Counted from the first letter of the stretch, positions 8,760 through 17,642 are shown. The stretch is 64,000 bases of DNA from an uncultured Bacteroidales bacterium (GCA_900315175.1 OMYA01000011.1:64-64063), one strand, 5' to 3'. The notes: a model not told the origin generated them from the letters alone. Made by a program: numbers and translations.

Positions 8760-10283
8760 TTATTTCTTTGGAGAAATTTTCTTTCTGATGATTTCGTGCA
8801 GTTCGTTGACGTTGACGCGGATCTGTTCCATGGTGTCGCGGTCGCGGACGGTCACGGTGTTATCTTCAAGTGTCTGATTATCAACGGTTACGCAGAGAGG
8901 AGTACCGATAGCATCCTGTCTTCTGTAACGTTTTCCGATGGAGTCTTTCTCCTCGTACTGGCACATGAAGTCGTACTGCAGGCTGTCCATGATTTCGCGT
9001 GCTTTCTCTGGAAGTCCGTCTTTCTTCACCAATGGCAGGATAGCCACTTTGTAAGGTGCGAGAATCGGAGGCAGTTTCATCACGACGCGTTCGCTGCCGT
9101 CTTCGAGTTTCTCCTCAGTGTAGGCGTAGCTGAACATTGCGAGGAACATACGGTCAAGGCCGATAGATGTCTCGATGACGTATGGAGTGTAGCTCTCGTT
9201 GGTTTCAGGATCGAAATATTGCAACTTCTTGCCTGAGAACTCTGCGTGACGGCTGAGGTCGTAGTCGGTACGGCTGTGGACGCCTTCCAACTCCTTGAAA
9301 CCGAATGGGAAGTTGAACTCGATATCGGTTGCGGCATTGGCATAATGAGCCAGCTTCTCATGGTCGTGGAAACGGTAGTTTTCAGCTGGGATACCCAATG
9401 AGAGATGCCATTTCAGACGTTCTTCCTTCCATTTCTTGAACCATTCTATCTCGGTGCCAGGGCGTACGAAGAACTGCATCTCCATCTGTTCGAACTCTCT
9501 CATTCTGAAAATGAACTGACGGGCGACGATTTCGTTGCGGAATGCCTTTCCTGTCTGTGCGATGCCGAACGGAATCTTCATGCGGCCTGTCTTCTGCACG
9601 TTGAGGTAGTTGACGAAGATACCCTGAGCTGTCTCAGGACGCAGATAGATAGTGTTGGCGCCTTCTGCCAGCGAGCCTATCTGTGTGGCGAACATCAGGT
9701 TAAACTGACGCACGTCAGTCCAGTTGCGTGTTCCGCTGATTGGGCACACGATGCCAAGGTCTTCGATGAGTTTCTTGATGTCGGCGAGGTCGTTTTTCTC
9801 CATTGCGCCATAAAGACGGTGGCTGATTTCCTCGATTTCCTTCTTCCACTCGAGGACACGTGGATTTGTGGTGACAAACTGTTCCTTGTCGAAGGCATCA
9901 CCGAAGCGTTTGGCAGCTTTTTCAACTTCCTTGTTGATTTTTTCCTCAATCTTCGCCATGTAATCCTCGACGAGGACGTCAGCACGATAACGTTTCTTGC
10001 TGTCTTTGTTGTCGATCATCGGGTCGTTGAAAGCGTCAACGTGGCCTGAAGCCTTCCACACTGTCGGGTGCATGAAGATGGCAGCGTCGAGACCGACGAT
10101 GTTTTCGTGCATCTGCACCATGGCTTTCCACCAGTATTCTCTGATGTTTTTCTTCAGTTCGACACCATTCTGGCCATAATCGTAAACGGCAGCCAGTCCG
10201 TCGTAAATATCACTTGAAGGGAAAATAAAACCGTATTCCTTCGCGTGAGATGTTATCTTTTTAAAGAATTCTTCTTGATTCAT
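8760..10283 (-). CDS. glyQS: glycine--tRNA ligase (dimeric class II type)
   Basis: N-terminus ...GFIFPSSDIYDGLAAVYDYGQNGVELKKNI and class II motifs (FRNEI..RQFIFRMREFEQMEMQFF). Confidence 0.95.
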   Translation of the reverse strand: MNQEEFFKKITSHAKEYGFIFPSSDIYDGLAAVYDYGQNGVELKKNIREYWWKAMVQMHENIVGLDAAIFMHPTVWKASGHVDAFNDPMIDNKDSKKRYRADVLVEDYMAKIEEKINKEVEKAAKRFGDAFDKEQFVTTNPRVLEWKKEIEEISHRLYGAMEKNDLADIKKLIEDLGIVCPISGTRNWTDVRQFNLMFATQIGSLAEGANTIYLRPETAQGIFVNYLNVQKTGRMKIPFGIAQTGKAFRNEIVARQFIFRMREFEQMEMQFFVRPGTEIEWFKKWKEERLKWHLSLGIPAENYRFHDHEKLAHYANAATDIEFNFPFGFKELEGVHSRTDYDLSRHAEFSGKKLQYFDPETNESYTPYVIETSIGLDRMFLAMFSYAYTEEKLEDGSERVVMKLPPILAPYKVAILPLVKKDGLPEKAREIMDSLQYDFMCQYEEKDSIGKRYRRQDAIGTPLCVTVDNQTLEDNTVTVRDRDTMEQIRVNVNELHEIIRKKISPKK

Positions 10284-10313
10284 CTTTTTTCAGTTAGTAG
10301 TAAAACTTCTCAC

Positions 10314-11363
10314 TTATAAAATTAGCATTGCGTCGCCGTAGGTGAAGAAGTTGTATTTCTCTGCGACGGCTTCTTTATAGGCTTTCATTAAGAAATCATA
10401 ACCGGCGAAAGCGGCGACTTCCATCATCATCGGTGATTTCGGGAGGTGGAAGTTGGTGATGAGTGCGTCGGCGGTGTTGAAATCGTAAGGCGGGAAGATG
10501 AACTTGTTGGTCCAGCCTTTCAGCGGTTTCAGCTTGCCTGTGATGCTTACCACAGTCTCCATGACCTTCAAAGTGGTGGTTCCGACAGCAAACACTTTAT
10601 GTTTGGCCTCTTTCGTTGCGTTTATCAAGTCGCAAGTTTCCTGTGAGATGTTAATCTCTTCAGAGTCGGTCTTGTGTTTTGTCAAGTCTTCGACTTCGAT
10701 GTCGCGGAAGTTGCCCATTCCTGTGTGGAGTGTGACTTCGGCGAAGTTAACATCCTGAAGCTCCATACGTTTCATCAAGATCTTGCTGAAATGCATGCCG
10801 GCTGTAGGAGCTGCGACAGAGCCTTCCTGTGTTGCGTAGACTGTCTGATAGTTGAACTCGTCATCTTCTTCGACAGGACGCTGAATGACTTTCGGAAGCG
10901 GTGTCTCGCCAAGTCCCATGATGACTTTTTTGAACTCATCGTGTGGGCCGTCGAACAAGAAACGCAGTGTACGGCCACGTGATGTGGTGTTGTCGATGAC
11001 CTCGGCTACGAGCTCGTCATTCGGACCGAAATACAGCTTGTTGCCGATACGAATCTTACGGGCAGGGTCGACGAGGACGTCCCAAAGACGGCTCTCAGGG
11101 TCGAGCTCGCGGAGCAACATCACCTCGATTTTAGCACCAGTCTTCTCCTTTTCGCCATAGAGACGGGCAGGGAACACGCGTGAGTTGTTAATCACGAACA
11201 AATCACCAGGATTGCAGTAGCTGAGAATGTCGCGGAAGGTCTTGTGTTCAATGGTCTGAGTGTCACGGTGCAGGACCATCATTCTTGCGTCTTCGCGCTC
11301 CTTCGGCGGATACATGGCGATGAGGTCATGCGGTAAATTGAACTTAAACTGTGATAGTTTCAT
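10314..11363 (-). CDS. queA: S-adenosylmethionine:tRNA ribosyltransferase-isomerase
   Basis: [19 protein letters not shown]...R.DARMMVL, ...[10 protein letters not shown]..., ...[11 protein letters not shown]. Confidence 0.95.
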   Translation of the reverse strand: MKLSQFKFNLPHDLIAMYPPKEREDARMMVLHRDTQTIEHKTFRDILSYCNPGDLFVINNSRVFPARLYGEKEKTGAKIEVMLLRELDPESRLWDVLVDPARKIRIGNKLYFGPNDELVAEVIDNTTSRGRTLRFLFDGPHDEFKKVIMGLGETPLPKVIQRPVEEDDEFNYQTVYATQEGSVAAPTAGMHFSKILMKRMELQDVNFAEVTLHTGMGNFRDIEVEDLTKHKTDSEEINISQETCDLINATKEAKHKVFAVGTTTLKVMETVVSITGKLKPLKGWTNKFIFPPYDFNTADALITNFHLPKSPMMMEVAAFAGYDFLMKAYKEAVAEKYNFFTYGDAMLIL

Positions 11364-11406
11364 TTCAAATATTTTAAATTATTACCTATTTTTCACAAAA
11401 GGAATG

Positions 11407-11414
11407 CAAATATA
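11407..11414 (-). promoter_or_regulatory. -7 promoter motif TAnnTTTG
   Basis: TATATTTG on minus strand, 43 nt before queA ATG. Confidence 0.45.
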
Positions 11415-11475
11415 CAACAAAACGAAAATTTTGTCAAGAGAAAAATGACATAATTTTGACAAGATTATTGTTTTT

Positions 11476-11581
11476 AGACAGGATTTACAAGATTTACAAG
11501 ATACAGGATTTACAAGATTTACAAGATATAGGACTATCAATATGGACAATAAAAATCCTGTTAATCTTGTTAATCCTGTCT
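11476..11581. repeat. repeat family A (GACAGGATT[T/A]ACAAGATT...), forward tandem copies plus an inverted copy
   Basis: 11476..11530 agacaggatttacaagatttacaagatacaggatttacaagatttacaagatata. 11551..11581 aaaaatcctgttaatcttgttaatcctgtct is the reverse complement of the same unit, giving long hairpin potential. Confidence 0.85.
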
Positions 11582-11599
11582 TATAATAGGAAACACTTG

Positions 11600-12616
11600 T
11601 CATTCAAGTTTCAAATCTCCGTCTTTAATCCAGTTCAGTTTTCTGAAAACAAGTCCGAAGAGCCAAGTCAGCACTGCAGGGAGCACGAAGCAAATCATGA
11701 GGATTCCCCACCACATGTTGGCGCCGCCGTCGGGCATTGCCGAGATGACTCCGAGAGGTCCGACGAGGCCGCAGGTACCCATGCCAGAGCCTATTGGCAC
11801 GTTCTCGAGATGGAACACGCAAGTTGCCAAAGGACCAGTGATTGCTGCTGTTAATGTAGGAGGTATCCATGTCAGAGGATGACGCAAAATATTAGGCATC
11901 TGAAGCATAGAGGTGCCGATACCTTGTGAGATGAGTCCGCCCCATCGGTTTTCCTTGAAGCTCATGACGGCGAAACCGACCATCTGGGCGCAACAACCGG
12001 CTGTAGCTGCTCCTCCGGCGATGCCAGAAAGCCCGATGGCGATACAAATGGCGGCACTCGAAATAGGCAACGTCAGCGCCATTCCGATGCTGACAGAGAC
12101 GATGATGCCCATCGCGAAAGGATGCAGATTGGTGGCATACATGATGAAATCGCCGAAAGCGGTCATGAAACGGCTGATGCCGGGACCGACAAACATCGCG
12201 AGCAAGATACCTGAAATAATTGTAACAGAAGGAGTTACAAGAATATCGACCTGTGTCTCCTTCGACACCATTTTGCCAAGTTCGGTGCTGATGACGACTG
12301 CCACGAGCACTCCCACAGGACCGCCCAAGGTGTTTCCAGCCACACCGACGGCCACTGCGCTGAACATCACCAAAGCCGGGGCATGGAGAGCATAAGCGAT
12401 AGCCACCCCCATAGCCGGGCCGGCAGCGATTTTGCAGTATTTCGCAAATTCAACAAACATCGGGATATTCAAACGGCTTCCGATGGTGTCGAAAATCGTA
12501 CCTATTAATAATGACGCGAACAAACCGAGCGCCATAGCACCAAGAGCGTCAAGAAGATATGCCTTCGCCGAGACATCGACGTTTTTTCTTTTCAGAAATG
12601 ATTTAAAGTTTGACAT
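11600..12616 (-). CDS. PTS EIIC-like permease (PTS_EIIC_2-type), orphan
   Basis: About 10 TM segments, Gly/Ala-rich, ...GPAMGVAIAYAL..., ...GGAATAGCCAQMVGFAV... typical of the roughly 340-aa EIIC_2 family. Start set at MSNFKS (ATG 12616); the longer ORF runs into repeat A. Confidence 0.7.
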   Translation of the reverse strand: MSNFKSFLKRKNVDVSAKAYLLDALGAMALGLFASLLIGTIFDTIGSRLNIPMFVEFAKYCKIAAGPAMGVAIAYALHAPALVMFSAVAVGVAGNTLGGPVGVLVAVVISTELGKMVSKETQVDILVTPSVTIISGILLAMFVGPGISRFMTAFGDFIMYATNLHPFAMGIIVSVSIGMALTLPISSAAICIAIGLSGIAGGAATAGCCAQMVGFAVMSFKENRWGGLISQGIGTSMLQMPNILRHPLTWIPPTLTAAITGPLATCVFHLENVPIGSGMGTCGLVGPLGVISAMPDGGANMWWGILMICFVLPAVLTWLFGLVFRKLNWIKDGDLKLE

Positions 12617-12632
12617 GATTGACAAGTTAATT

Positions 12633-12671
12633 TTAGACAGGATTAACAAGATTAACAAGATTTATAAGATT
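12633..12671 (+). repeat. repeat family A copy
   Basis: ttagacaggattaacaagattaacaagatttataagatt; lies between the predicted promoter (12704..12711) and the EIIC start, so in the 5' UTR. Confidence 0.8.
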
Positions 12672-12703
12672 GTTTTTCTGTTTTTTCCTTTTATATCAGG
12701 CCG

Positions 12704-12711
12704 CAAAATTA
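12704..12711 (-). promoter_or_regulatory. -7 promoter motif TAnnTTTG
   Basis: TAATTTTG on minus strand, 87 nt before ATG 12616. Confidence 0.4.
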
Positions 12712-12733
12712 CAAAATTTTTCCAATATCTATC

Positions 12734-12782
12734 GTTATTTCGACCGAACCTCGACCGAAGCGGAGAGGGCAGTGGAGAAATC
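12734..12782 (+). repeat. repeat family B, degenerate half copy
   Basis: gttatttcgaccgaacctcgaccgaagcggagagggcagtggagaaatc; compare gtcatttcgactgaagcgaagcgaaatggaaaaatc at 30209. Confidence 0.55.
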
Positions 12783-12842
12783 TTTTTCAAACTTTTTTCA
12801 AAAAAAATGTAAAATTAATTTGCTATTTTGTAAAATATACTT

Positions 12843-12850
12843 TACTTTTG
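12843..12850 (+). promoter_or_regulatory. -7 promoter motif TAnnTTTG
   Basis: TACTTTTG, 49 nt before ATG 12900. Confidence 0.45.
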
Positions 12851-12899
12851 CAGCGTTAAACTTTTGAATTAATTGTTCAACCTTTAAAATTAAAGTACT

Positions 12900-13358
12900 A
12901 TGAAAAAGAACTATTTGTTTCCGAACAGCTTTAAGATTGTCGGATTGGCGATTACCGCCGTTGCATTTATTGCATTGATTATCTGGAGGTTATTGGAAAT
13001 CAGCCCGGAATTCAAAATGCCCGCAATGATTGATGGAGGTTTGTTGGGCGGATGTAGGTTTTTCTGTATGGCAGAATGCGGTATAATCACATTTATCATT
13101 CCGGTCTTAATCGTCGGACTTGTTTTCATTGGTTTTTCTAAAGAAAAAATTGAAGATGAATTCGTAACAAGCATCCGTGAACAAAGTCTGGTTTGGGCGA
13201 CTTATATCTCAGCTATCTTGTTGATTTTGTTCACTTTTACAATTTATGGCCTGTCGTATTTGTATGCCATGTATTCGATTTTCCCACTGTTTTTGATTCT
13301 TTTCATCATCAAATTCAGAATCGAGTTGCATAGAGCTAACAAAGGAGGTGAAAAATGA
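12900..13358 (+). CDS. small integral membrane protein (DUF2975-like by context)
   Basis: Four predicted TM segments; ATGA overlap with the downstream 66-aa HTH gene, an arrangement I recall for DUF2975/YozG-type pairs. Confidence 0.55.
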   Translation: MKKNYLFPNSFKIVGLAITAVAFIALIIWRLLEISPEFKMPAMIDGGLLGGCRFFCMAECGIITFIIPVLIVGLVFIGFSKEKIEDEFVTSIREQSLVWATYISAILLILFTFTIYGLSYLYAMYSIFPLFLILFIIKFRIELHRANKGGEK

Positions 13359-13555
13359 AAAACCGTTTGAAAATAGCGCGTGCCGAGCTCGACATCACGC
13401 AGGAAGAGCTTGCAAAACGCATAGGAGTGAGCCGTCAGACAATCAACGCGGTGGAATCGGGAAAATATGTGCCTTCGACAGTGCTTGCACTGAAAATGGC
13501 GCAGGTGTTCGGAAAAAGTGTGGAAGAGATTTTCATGCTCGAAGACGAAGATTAG
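13355..13555 (+). CDS. XRE/Cro-family helix-turn-helix transcriptional regulator (YozG-like, 66 aa)
   Basis: LKIARAELDITQEELAKRIGVSRQTINAVESGKYVPS is a classic HTH_3 pattern. Confidence 0.85.
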   Translation: MKNRLKIARAELDITQEELAKRIGVSRQTINAVESGKYVPSTVLALKMAQVFGKSVEEIFMLEDED

Positions 13556-13806
13556 ACATTTTTTATCCAATTTTCCAGTTCTTCAACCCGTTTTTGATAT
13601 TTCTCGAGCTGACTTTCGACGAAATCGTCGCTGTATTTGCGGTCGCAGAAGCCGTTGCCGCGGGCGACGTATTCGTCATCGTAGAGAGAGCCTAAGACGT
13701 CTTCGTAGTTCTCAACATACTGTTGATTCTCGGCGAGAAGACGTTTTAGGTCGTTTATGTCGGCTTCAAAAGAGTCGCCGGAAGAAAAAGTATAACGTTT
13801 TTTCAT
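13552..13806 (-). CDS. hypothetical acidic 84-aa protein
   Basis: ORF with ATG at 13806; its stop overlaps the stop of the convergent HTH gene (TTAG 13552..13555); no recognisable motif. Confidence 0.45.
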   Translation of the reverse strand: MKKRYTFSSGDSFEADINDLKRLLAENQQYVENYEDVLGSLYDDEYVARGNGFCDRKYSDDFVESQLEKYQKRVEELENWIKNV

Positions 13807-13807
13807 C

Positions 13808-13946
13808 AGACAGGATTTTTTTATTAGACAGGATTTACAGGATTTACATGTTTTTATTAGACAGGATTTACATGTTTTTATTAGACAGGATTTACAAGAT
13901 TTACATGTTTTTGTTAGACAGGATTTACAAGATTAACAGGATTTTT
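13808..13946 (+). repeat. repeat family A tandem array (5 units)
   Basis: agacaggattttttt att / agacaggatttacaggatttacatgtttttatt / agacaggatttacatgtttttatt / agacaggatttacaagatttacatgtttttgtt / agacaggatttacaagattaacaggattttt; directly abuts ATG 13806. Confidence 0.9.
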
Positions 13947-13957
13947 AAATCAGGTTG

Positions 13958-13965
13958 CAAAAATA
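13958..13965 (-). promoter_or_regulatory. -7 promoter motif TAnnTTTG
   Basis: TATTTTTG on minus strand; it would place the whole repeat array in the 5' UTR of the 84-aa ORF. Confidence 0.35.
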
Positions 13966-14000
13966 ATAAAAATAAATGTTTGGATAATTGAAATAATTAC

Positions 14001-14008
14001 TAATTTTG
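14001..14008 (+). promoter_or_regulatory. -7 promoter motif TAnnTTTG
   Basis: TAATTTTG, 43 nt before ATG 14052. Confidence 0.45.
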
Positions 14009-14051
14009 AGGCGATTAGTTCATTCTATGTTAAACTTAAAAACTTAATCTT

Positions 14052-14744
14052 ATGCTGTTAAATATCCTTATTTATGTTGCTCTGTTTGGGGCGCCGGTTT
14101 TAGCTTTTTATTCGGTATTCAAAAGAATAAAAAACACCAACAAAGACACTGCCGGCTATGTTTACAACGGAAAAGTTTGGGTGGCGTGGCTGCTGGTGTT
14201 CAGTATCATCGCGACATTATTTATAGCTTTCTTCATGCCTATTTTTGACGGCACCGAAGGATATCACCCGGAATGGGGTGTTTTGTGGTTAACCCTTTTA
14301 GCTGTAATATTTTACATTTGCTATGCCATTATCGCTTTCGTTCCAGCTACTGCCGAAGAATTGGCTGCAAGTAAAGAGGCAGGAAACACTGTCTTAGGCA
14401 GCATTGGAGACTCAGCAGCTTCGATTTTCAGTATTATCATGAGCGTAATAGGCGCCACTCTTGTCGCTATTCCGGCTATGATAGGTGAGGCTTTGAATCC
14501 AACACTCGCTATTAAGAATATTGGAGGAACACTTTATAAAGTGGTAGGAACCGGTATCGGTTATACTGTTAGCGGAATTTTGATGTTTGCCTTTATTGCA
14601 ATCATGGTGTTTGTGCTTATTTACTTAGCTGCGTTGCTTTTCGCAATAGTGGGCACATTTGCAATTGGTGTCATCGCAGTGATAAAATTTGTGAAAAACA
14701 ATCAGAATTTTTTAAAGACCAAAGATGTTGAAATAAAAGAATAG
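14052..14744 (+). CDS. integral membrane protein, function unknown
   Basis: Six or so hydrophobic segments; no recognisable motif. Confidence 0.5.
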   Translation: MLLNILIYVALFGAPVLAFYSVFKRIKNTNKDTAGYVYNGKVWVAWLLVFSIIATLFIAFFMPIFDGTEGYHPEWGVLWLTLLAVIFYICYAIIAFVPATAEELAASKEAGNTVLGSIGDSAASIFSIIMSVIGATLVAIPAMIGEALNPTLAIKNIGGTLYKVVGTGIGYTVSGILMFAFIAIMVFVLIYLAALLFAIVGTFAIGVIAVIKFVKNNQNFLKTKDVEIKE

Positions 14745-14772
14745 AACGGGTTTATACAACCAGTTTAAAAAC

Positions 14773-14801
14773 GTAGAGACGCCATATTATGACGTCTCTA
14801 C
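14773..14801. terminator. hairpin GTAGAGACG-N11-CGTCTCTAC between convergent genes
   Basis: 9-bp perfect stem; the right arm overlaps the last truB codons (..VETS*); same stem sequence as the hairpin at 46020..46050. Confidence 0.5.
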
Positions 14802-15515
14802 ATTGTTTTCTGTAATTTCAGGTGCCGTTTCGATGATTTTTTGTTTCAGTTCCATCAGATCCCAGGCGTCTTTCACGTCGAAGTCGCCGATTTTGGTGCG
14901 GCGCAGACTTATCAAGCATGCTCCGTTGCCGAGTGCCTGACCGAAGTCGTTGACCAGCGAGCGGATGTAGGTGCCTTTGGAGCATTTCACCATGAAATCG
15001 ACCTTGGGGAAGTTTGTGGTATCTATTTGAAAAGCATCGATATGCACGAGACGTTCCTTCAGTTCGAGTTCCTCGTCGGAACGTGCATAGTCGAAGGCGC
15101 GTTTTCCTTGAATCTTTATTGCTGAAAACTTCGGCGGACGCTGCATTATGTCGCCGATGAACTTTTTACGCGCCTCGTCTAACGCCTCGGCGCTGATCTC
15201 GTCCGTCGGAAAGAACTGGTCAGGCTCGCTTTCGAGGTCGAAAGTCGGTGTGGTTTGTCCCAACAGCATGGTGCCGGTGTAAACCTTCTCCTGCGCTTGG
15301 AAATTGTCGATTTGCTTGGTCATCCTGCCTGTGCAGAGTATCAGCAAACCTGTTGCAAGAGGATCCAAGGTGCCTGCATGACCTACCTTCAGCTTCCTAA
15401 TCTGATGGTATTTCTTGATGACAGCACGAATGAGATTGACAACGTCGAACGACGTCCAATCAAGAGGTTTGTCAATAAGGAAAACCTCGCCTTCCTCGAA
15501 ATGAAACTCTGCCAT
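14787..15515 (-). CDS. truB: tRNA pseudouridine(55) synthase
   Basis: GHAGTLDPLATGLLILCTG catalytic motif; start set at MAEFHF (ATG 15515), which forms a TAATG overlap with the uppP stop. Confidence 0.9.
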   Translation of the reverse strand: MAEFHFEEGEVFLIDKPLDWTSFDVVNLIRAVIKKYHQIRKLKVGHAGTLDPLATGLLILCTGRMTKQIDNFQAQEKVYTGTMLLGQTTPTFDLESEPDQFFPTDEISAEALDEARKKFIGDIMQRPPKFSAIKIQGKRAFDYARSDEELELKERLVHIDAFQIDTTNFPKVDFMVKCSKGTYIRSLVNDFGQALGNGACLISLRRTKIGDFDVKDAWDLMELKQKIIETAPEITENNVETS

Positions 15516-16333
15516 TATGCGAAACAAATTGCTAAAACGCCAACAATCACGCAGTAGATTGCGAAATAAATGAGTTTGCCTTTTTTCACGATGCTAATCA
15601 TCCATTTGCAGGCGAGACATCCTGTGATGAACGCCGCCAGGAAACCGATGATGAGCGTGAAAGGCGAGATGCCAGCCATTGCTGAATGCCAGCCGACTTC
15701 AAGCACGTCTTTGAAATCCAATAACGCCTCACCCAAGATAGGTGGAATCACCATCAAAAACGAGAACTGTGCGAGTTTTTCCTTCTTGTTGCCGAGCAAA
15801 AGTCCTGTTGCGATGGTCGTTCCGGAGCGCGACAAGCCCGGCATGGTGGCGCAGGCCTGTCCGATACCGATGATGAACGCATGCAATCCTGAGATTTCCT
15901 CACGCTGACGCGGCTTCGCAAAATGCGCGAATGTCAGCAAAGTGGCGGTAACCAACAGCATGATGCCTACAATCAAAAGACCTGAGCCGAAGATCTCTTC
16001 GACTTTATCTTTGAAAAACACTCCCACTACGGCCACCGGAATCATCGAGATGAGTATGTTGATGGCATATTTTGTGCCACCGTTGAGGTTTTTATATGAG
16101 TTCCACTGCTGTTTTGTGAACAAATCCTTGAAAATCCACACCACTTCGCTCCAAAGAACGACCAAGGTGGCGCATACTGTCGCGACGTGCAACACCACGT
16201 TGAAAGTGAGGTTTTCCTCTCCGCTCAACCCGAAAATGTTCGACAAAATTGTGAGGTGTCCGCTGCTCGACACTGGCAGGAACTCCGTCAAACCCTGCAA
16301 AATTCCAAGTAATAAAGCTTGTAGCCAATCCAT
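15515..16333 (-). CDS. uppP: undecaprenyl-diphosphate phosphatase
   Basis: [27 protein letters not shown] and PGLSRSG.TI motifs. Confidence 0.95.
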   Translation of the reverse strand: MDWLQALLLGILQGLTEFLPVSSSGHLTILSNIFGLSGEENLTFNVVLHVATVCATLVVLWSEVVWIFKDLFTKQQWNSYKNLNGGTKYAINILISMIPVAVVGVFFKDKVEEIFGSGLLIVGIMLLVTATLLTFAHFAKPRQREEISGLHAFIIGIGQACATMPGLSRSGTTIATGLLLGNKKEKLAQFSFLMVIPPILGEALLDFKDVLEVGWHSAMAGISPFTLIIGFLAAFITGCLACKWMISIVKKGKLIYFAIYCVIVGVLAICFA

Positions 16334-16350
16334 ATTTTCATTATGTTTTT

Positions 16351-16462
16351 GTCATTTCGAGCGTAGTCGAGAAATCCTTTTTTTAACGTAAATATTTGAT
16401 TGAAATCGTTTAACAAGGATTTCTCCATTTCGCTCCATTTCATTACGCTACAGTCGAAATGA
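16351..16462. repeat. repeat family B, complete palindromic copy
   Basis: Left arm gtcatttcgagcgtagtcgagaaatcc, right arm ggatttctccatttcgctccatttcattacgctacagtcgaaatgac. Confidence 0.85.
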
Positions 16463-16470
16463 CAGAGTGA

Positions 16471-16731
16471 TTATTCTTTAGGTTTTTTCATTATTGCATA
16501 AAACTGTATGCCGAAGCCGATTAAAATAAGAATCGGTGACAGCGTGAGTCTGCGGAAGCTGAACATTCCTTCGTTGAAGACATCAGGGTTGTCAGAGCCG
16601 CCGCCAATCATCAGCAGGAATCCCACGAGAAGAAACGCCAGTCCTATGAGCACCCATTTGTAGTTGTCACGCCCGAAAGGCATCGGCTTTTTGTCTTTTT
16701 CTGTAGTTTTTACGTCGTTTTTTGTTGCCAT
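16471..16731 (-). CDS. DUF3098-family small membrane protein
   Basis: FGRDNYKWVLIGLAFLLVGFLLM...FSFRRLTLSPILILIGF pattern and the conserved position between ftsX and uppP. Confidence 0.7.
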   Translation of the reverse strand: MATKNDVKTTEKDKKPMPFGRDNYKWVLIGLAFLLVGFLLMIGGGSDNPDVFNEGMFSFRRLTLSPILILIGFGIQFYAIMKKPKE

Positions 16732-16745
16732 ATAAGTAATTTTAA

Positions 16746-17627
16746 TTATTCGTAAAGATCGTCAATATCGGCGCGCAGGTATTTTCTCATCGCAAACAAT
16801 GTCGATAAAGTGGTGAGCAAAACGCCTAAAACCAAAACCGATATATAAATGACTGCAAAACTGCCAAAACCTGTCAAACTTGCGAGTTCAGGAACATCTC
16901 TCATAACCCTGTAAAGGAAAATCGATAGCAGCGCCAATGATAGAACTGAACCTATAACTCCTTGAATGACAAACGATTTCAAAAATGGCTTGATGATAAA
17001 ACTTTCCGTTGCGCCAACCAGCTGCATGCTGCGTACCACAAAACGTTTTGAATACACCGAAAGCCTGACGGTATGACCGATGAGCGTTATCGCCATAATG
17101 AGCAAGACTGCGCCAACAAGAAGTAAAACTGCAGCTATCTTATTGACATTCTTATCGATAGAGTGTATCAACGACTTCTGGAAATACACCTCTTTCACGT
17201 TTTTGTTTTTCATCACCCATTTTTCGATTTTCGCGATGCTGTCGTTGTTGGCGTATTCCGAATTAAACCTCACGTCAATCGAGGGGAGAAGCGGGTTTTC
17301 AACGTCACCGAGCCAATCCAGGATATCCTCGCCAAGGTCTTCCGTCAAACGTCGTGTGGCTTCTTCCTGCGATATGTATTCCGTCGATTTCACATATTCT
17401 TTTTTATCCAAAACATGTTGAAACTCAATGATATCCTTTTCTTTTACGCCTTTTTTCATCACGATTTCAAAACCGATGTTTTCCTTGATATAATCGGAGA
17501 TTTTATTTGCGAAAAGCACCAACGATGAAAACAGGCTCAGCACGAAAAGCACGAGCATTATGCTCATCAGTGAGATGAGATATGAACCTCTGAGACGGCG
17601 TTTTGTTGTGGATTTTTCCTTTTTCAT
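16746..17627 (-). CDS. ftsX: cell division permease-like protein FtsX
   Basis: N-terminal TM, periplasmic domain, C-terminal three TM with the FtsX-like pattern (RSMQLVGAT.SFI..PF); start set at MKKEKS (ATG 17627). Confidence 0.8.
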   Translation of the reverse strand: MKKEKSTTKRRLRGSYLISLMSIMLVLFVLSLFSSLVLFANKISDYIKENIGFEIVMKKGVKEKDIIEFQHVLDKKEYVKSTEYISQEEATRRLTEDLGEDILDWLGDVENPLLPSIDVRFNSEYANNDSIAKIEKWVMKNKNVKEVYFQKSLIHSIDKNVNKIAAVLLLVGAVLLIMAITLIGHTVRLSVYSKRFVVRSMQLVGATESFIIKPFLKSFVIQGVIGSVLSLALLSIFLYRVMRDVPELASLTGFGSFAVIYISVLVLGVLLTTLSTLFAMRKYLRADIDDLYE

Positions 17628-17642
17628 TACAATATTAACTTG

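Noticed and set aside
9405-10049. 214-aa ORF antisense to glyQS; the same applies to 57113..57766 opposite guaB, 20898..21410, 11913..12395 and 33011..33854
   Set aside because: All are shadow ORFs inside well-supported genes on the other strand, with no promoter motif or protein-like features.
13808-13946. Possible CRISPR array
   Set aside because: The units are 19-34 bp, of variable length, and directly abutting with no unique spacers. The same unit occurs in inverted and single copies elsewhere, and there are no cas genes.
13518-13991. 157-aa ORF with repeated LLDRIYKIYMF; also 11456..11854 and 11382..11603
   Set aside because: The periodic peptide is only the translation of the family A DNA repeats. 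These ORFs run through intergenic repeat arrays and overlap better-supported genes.
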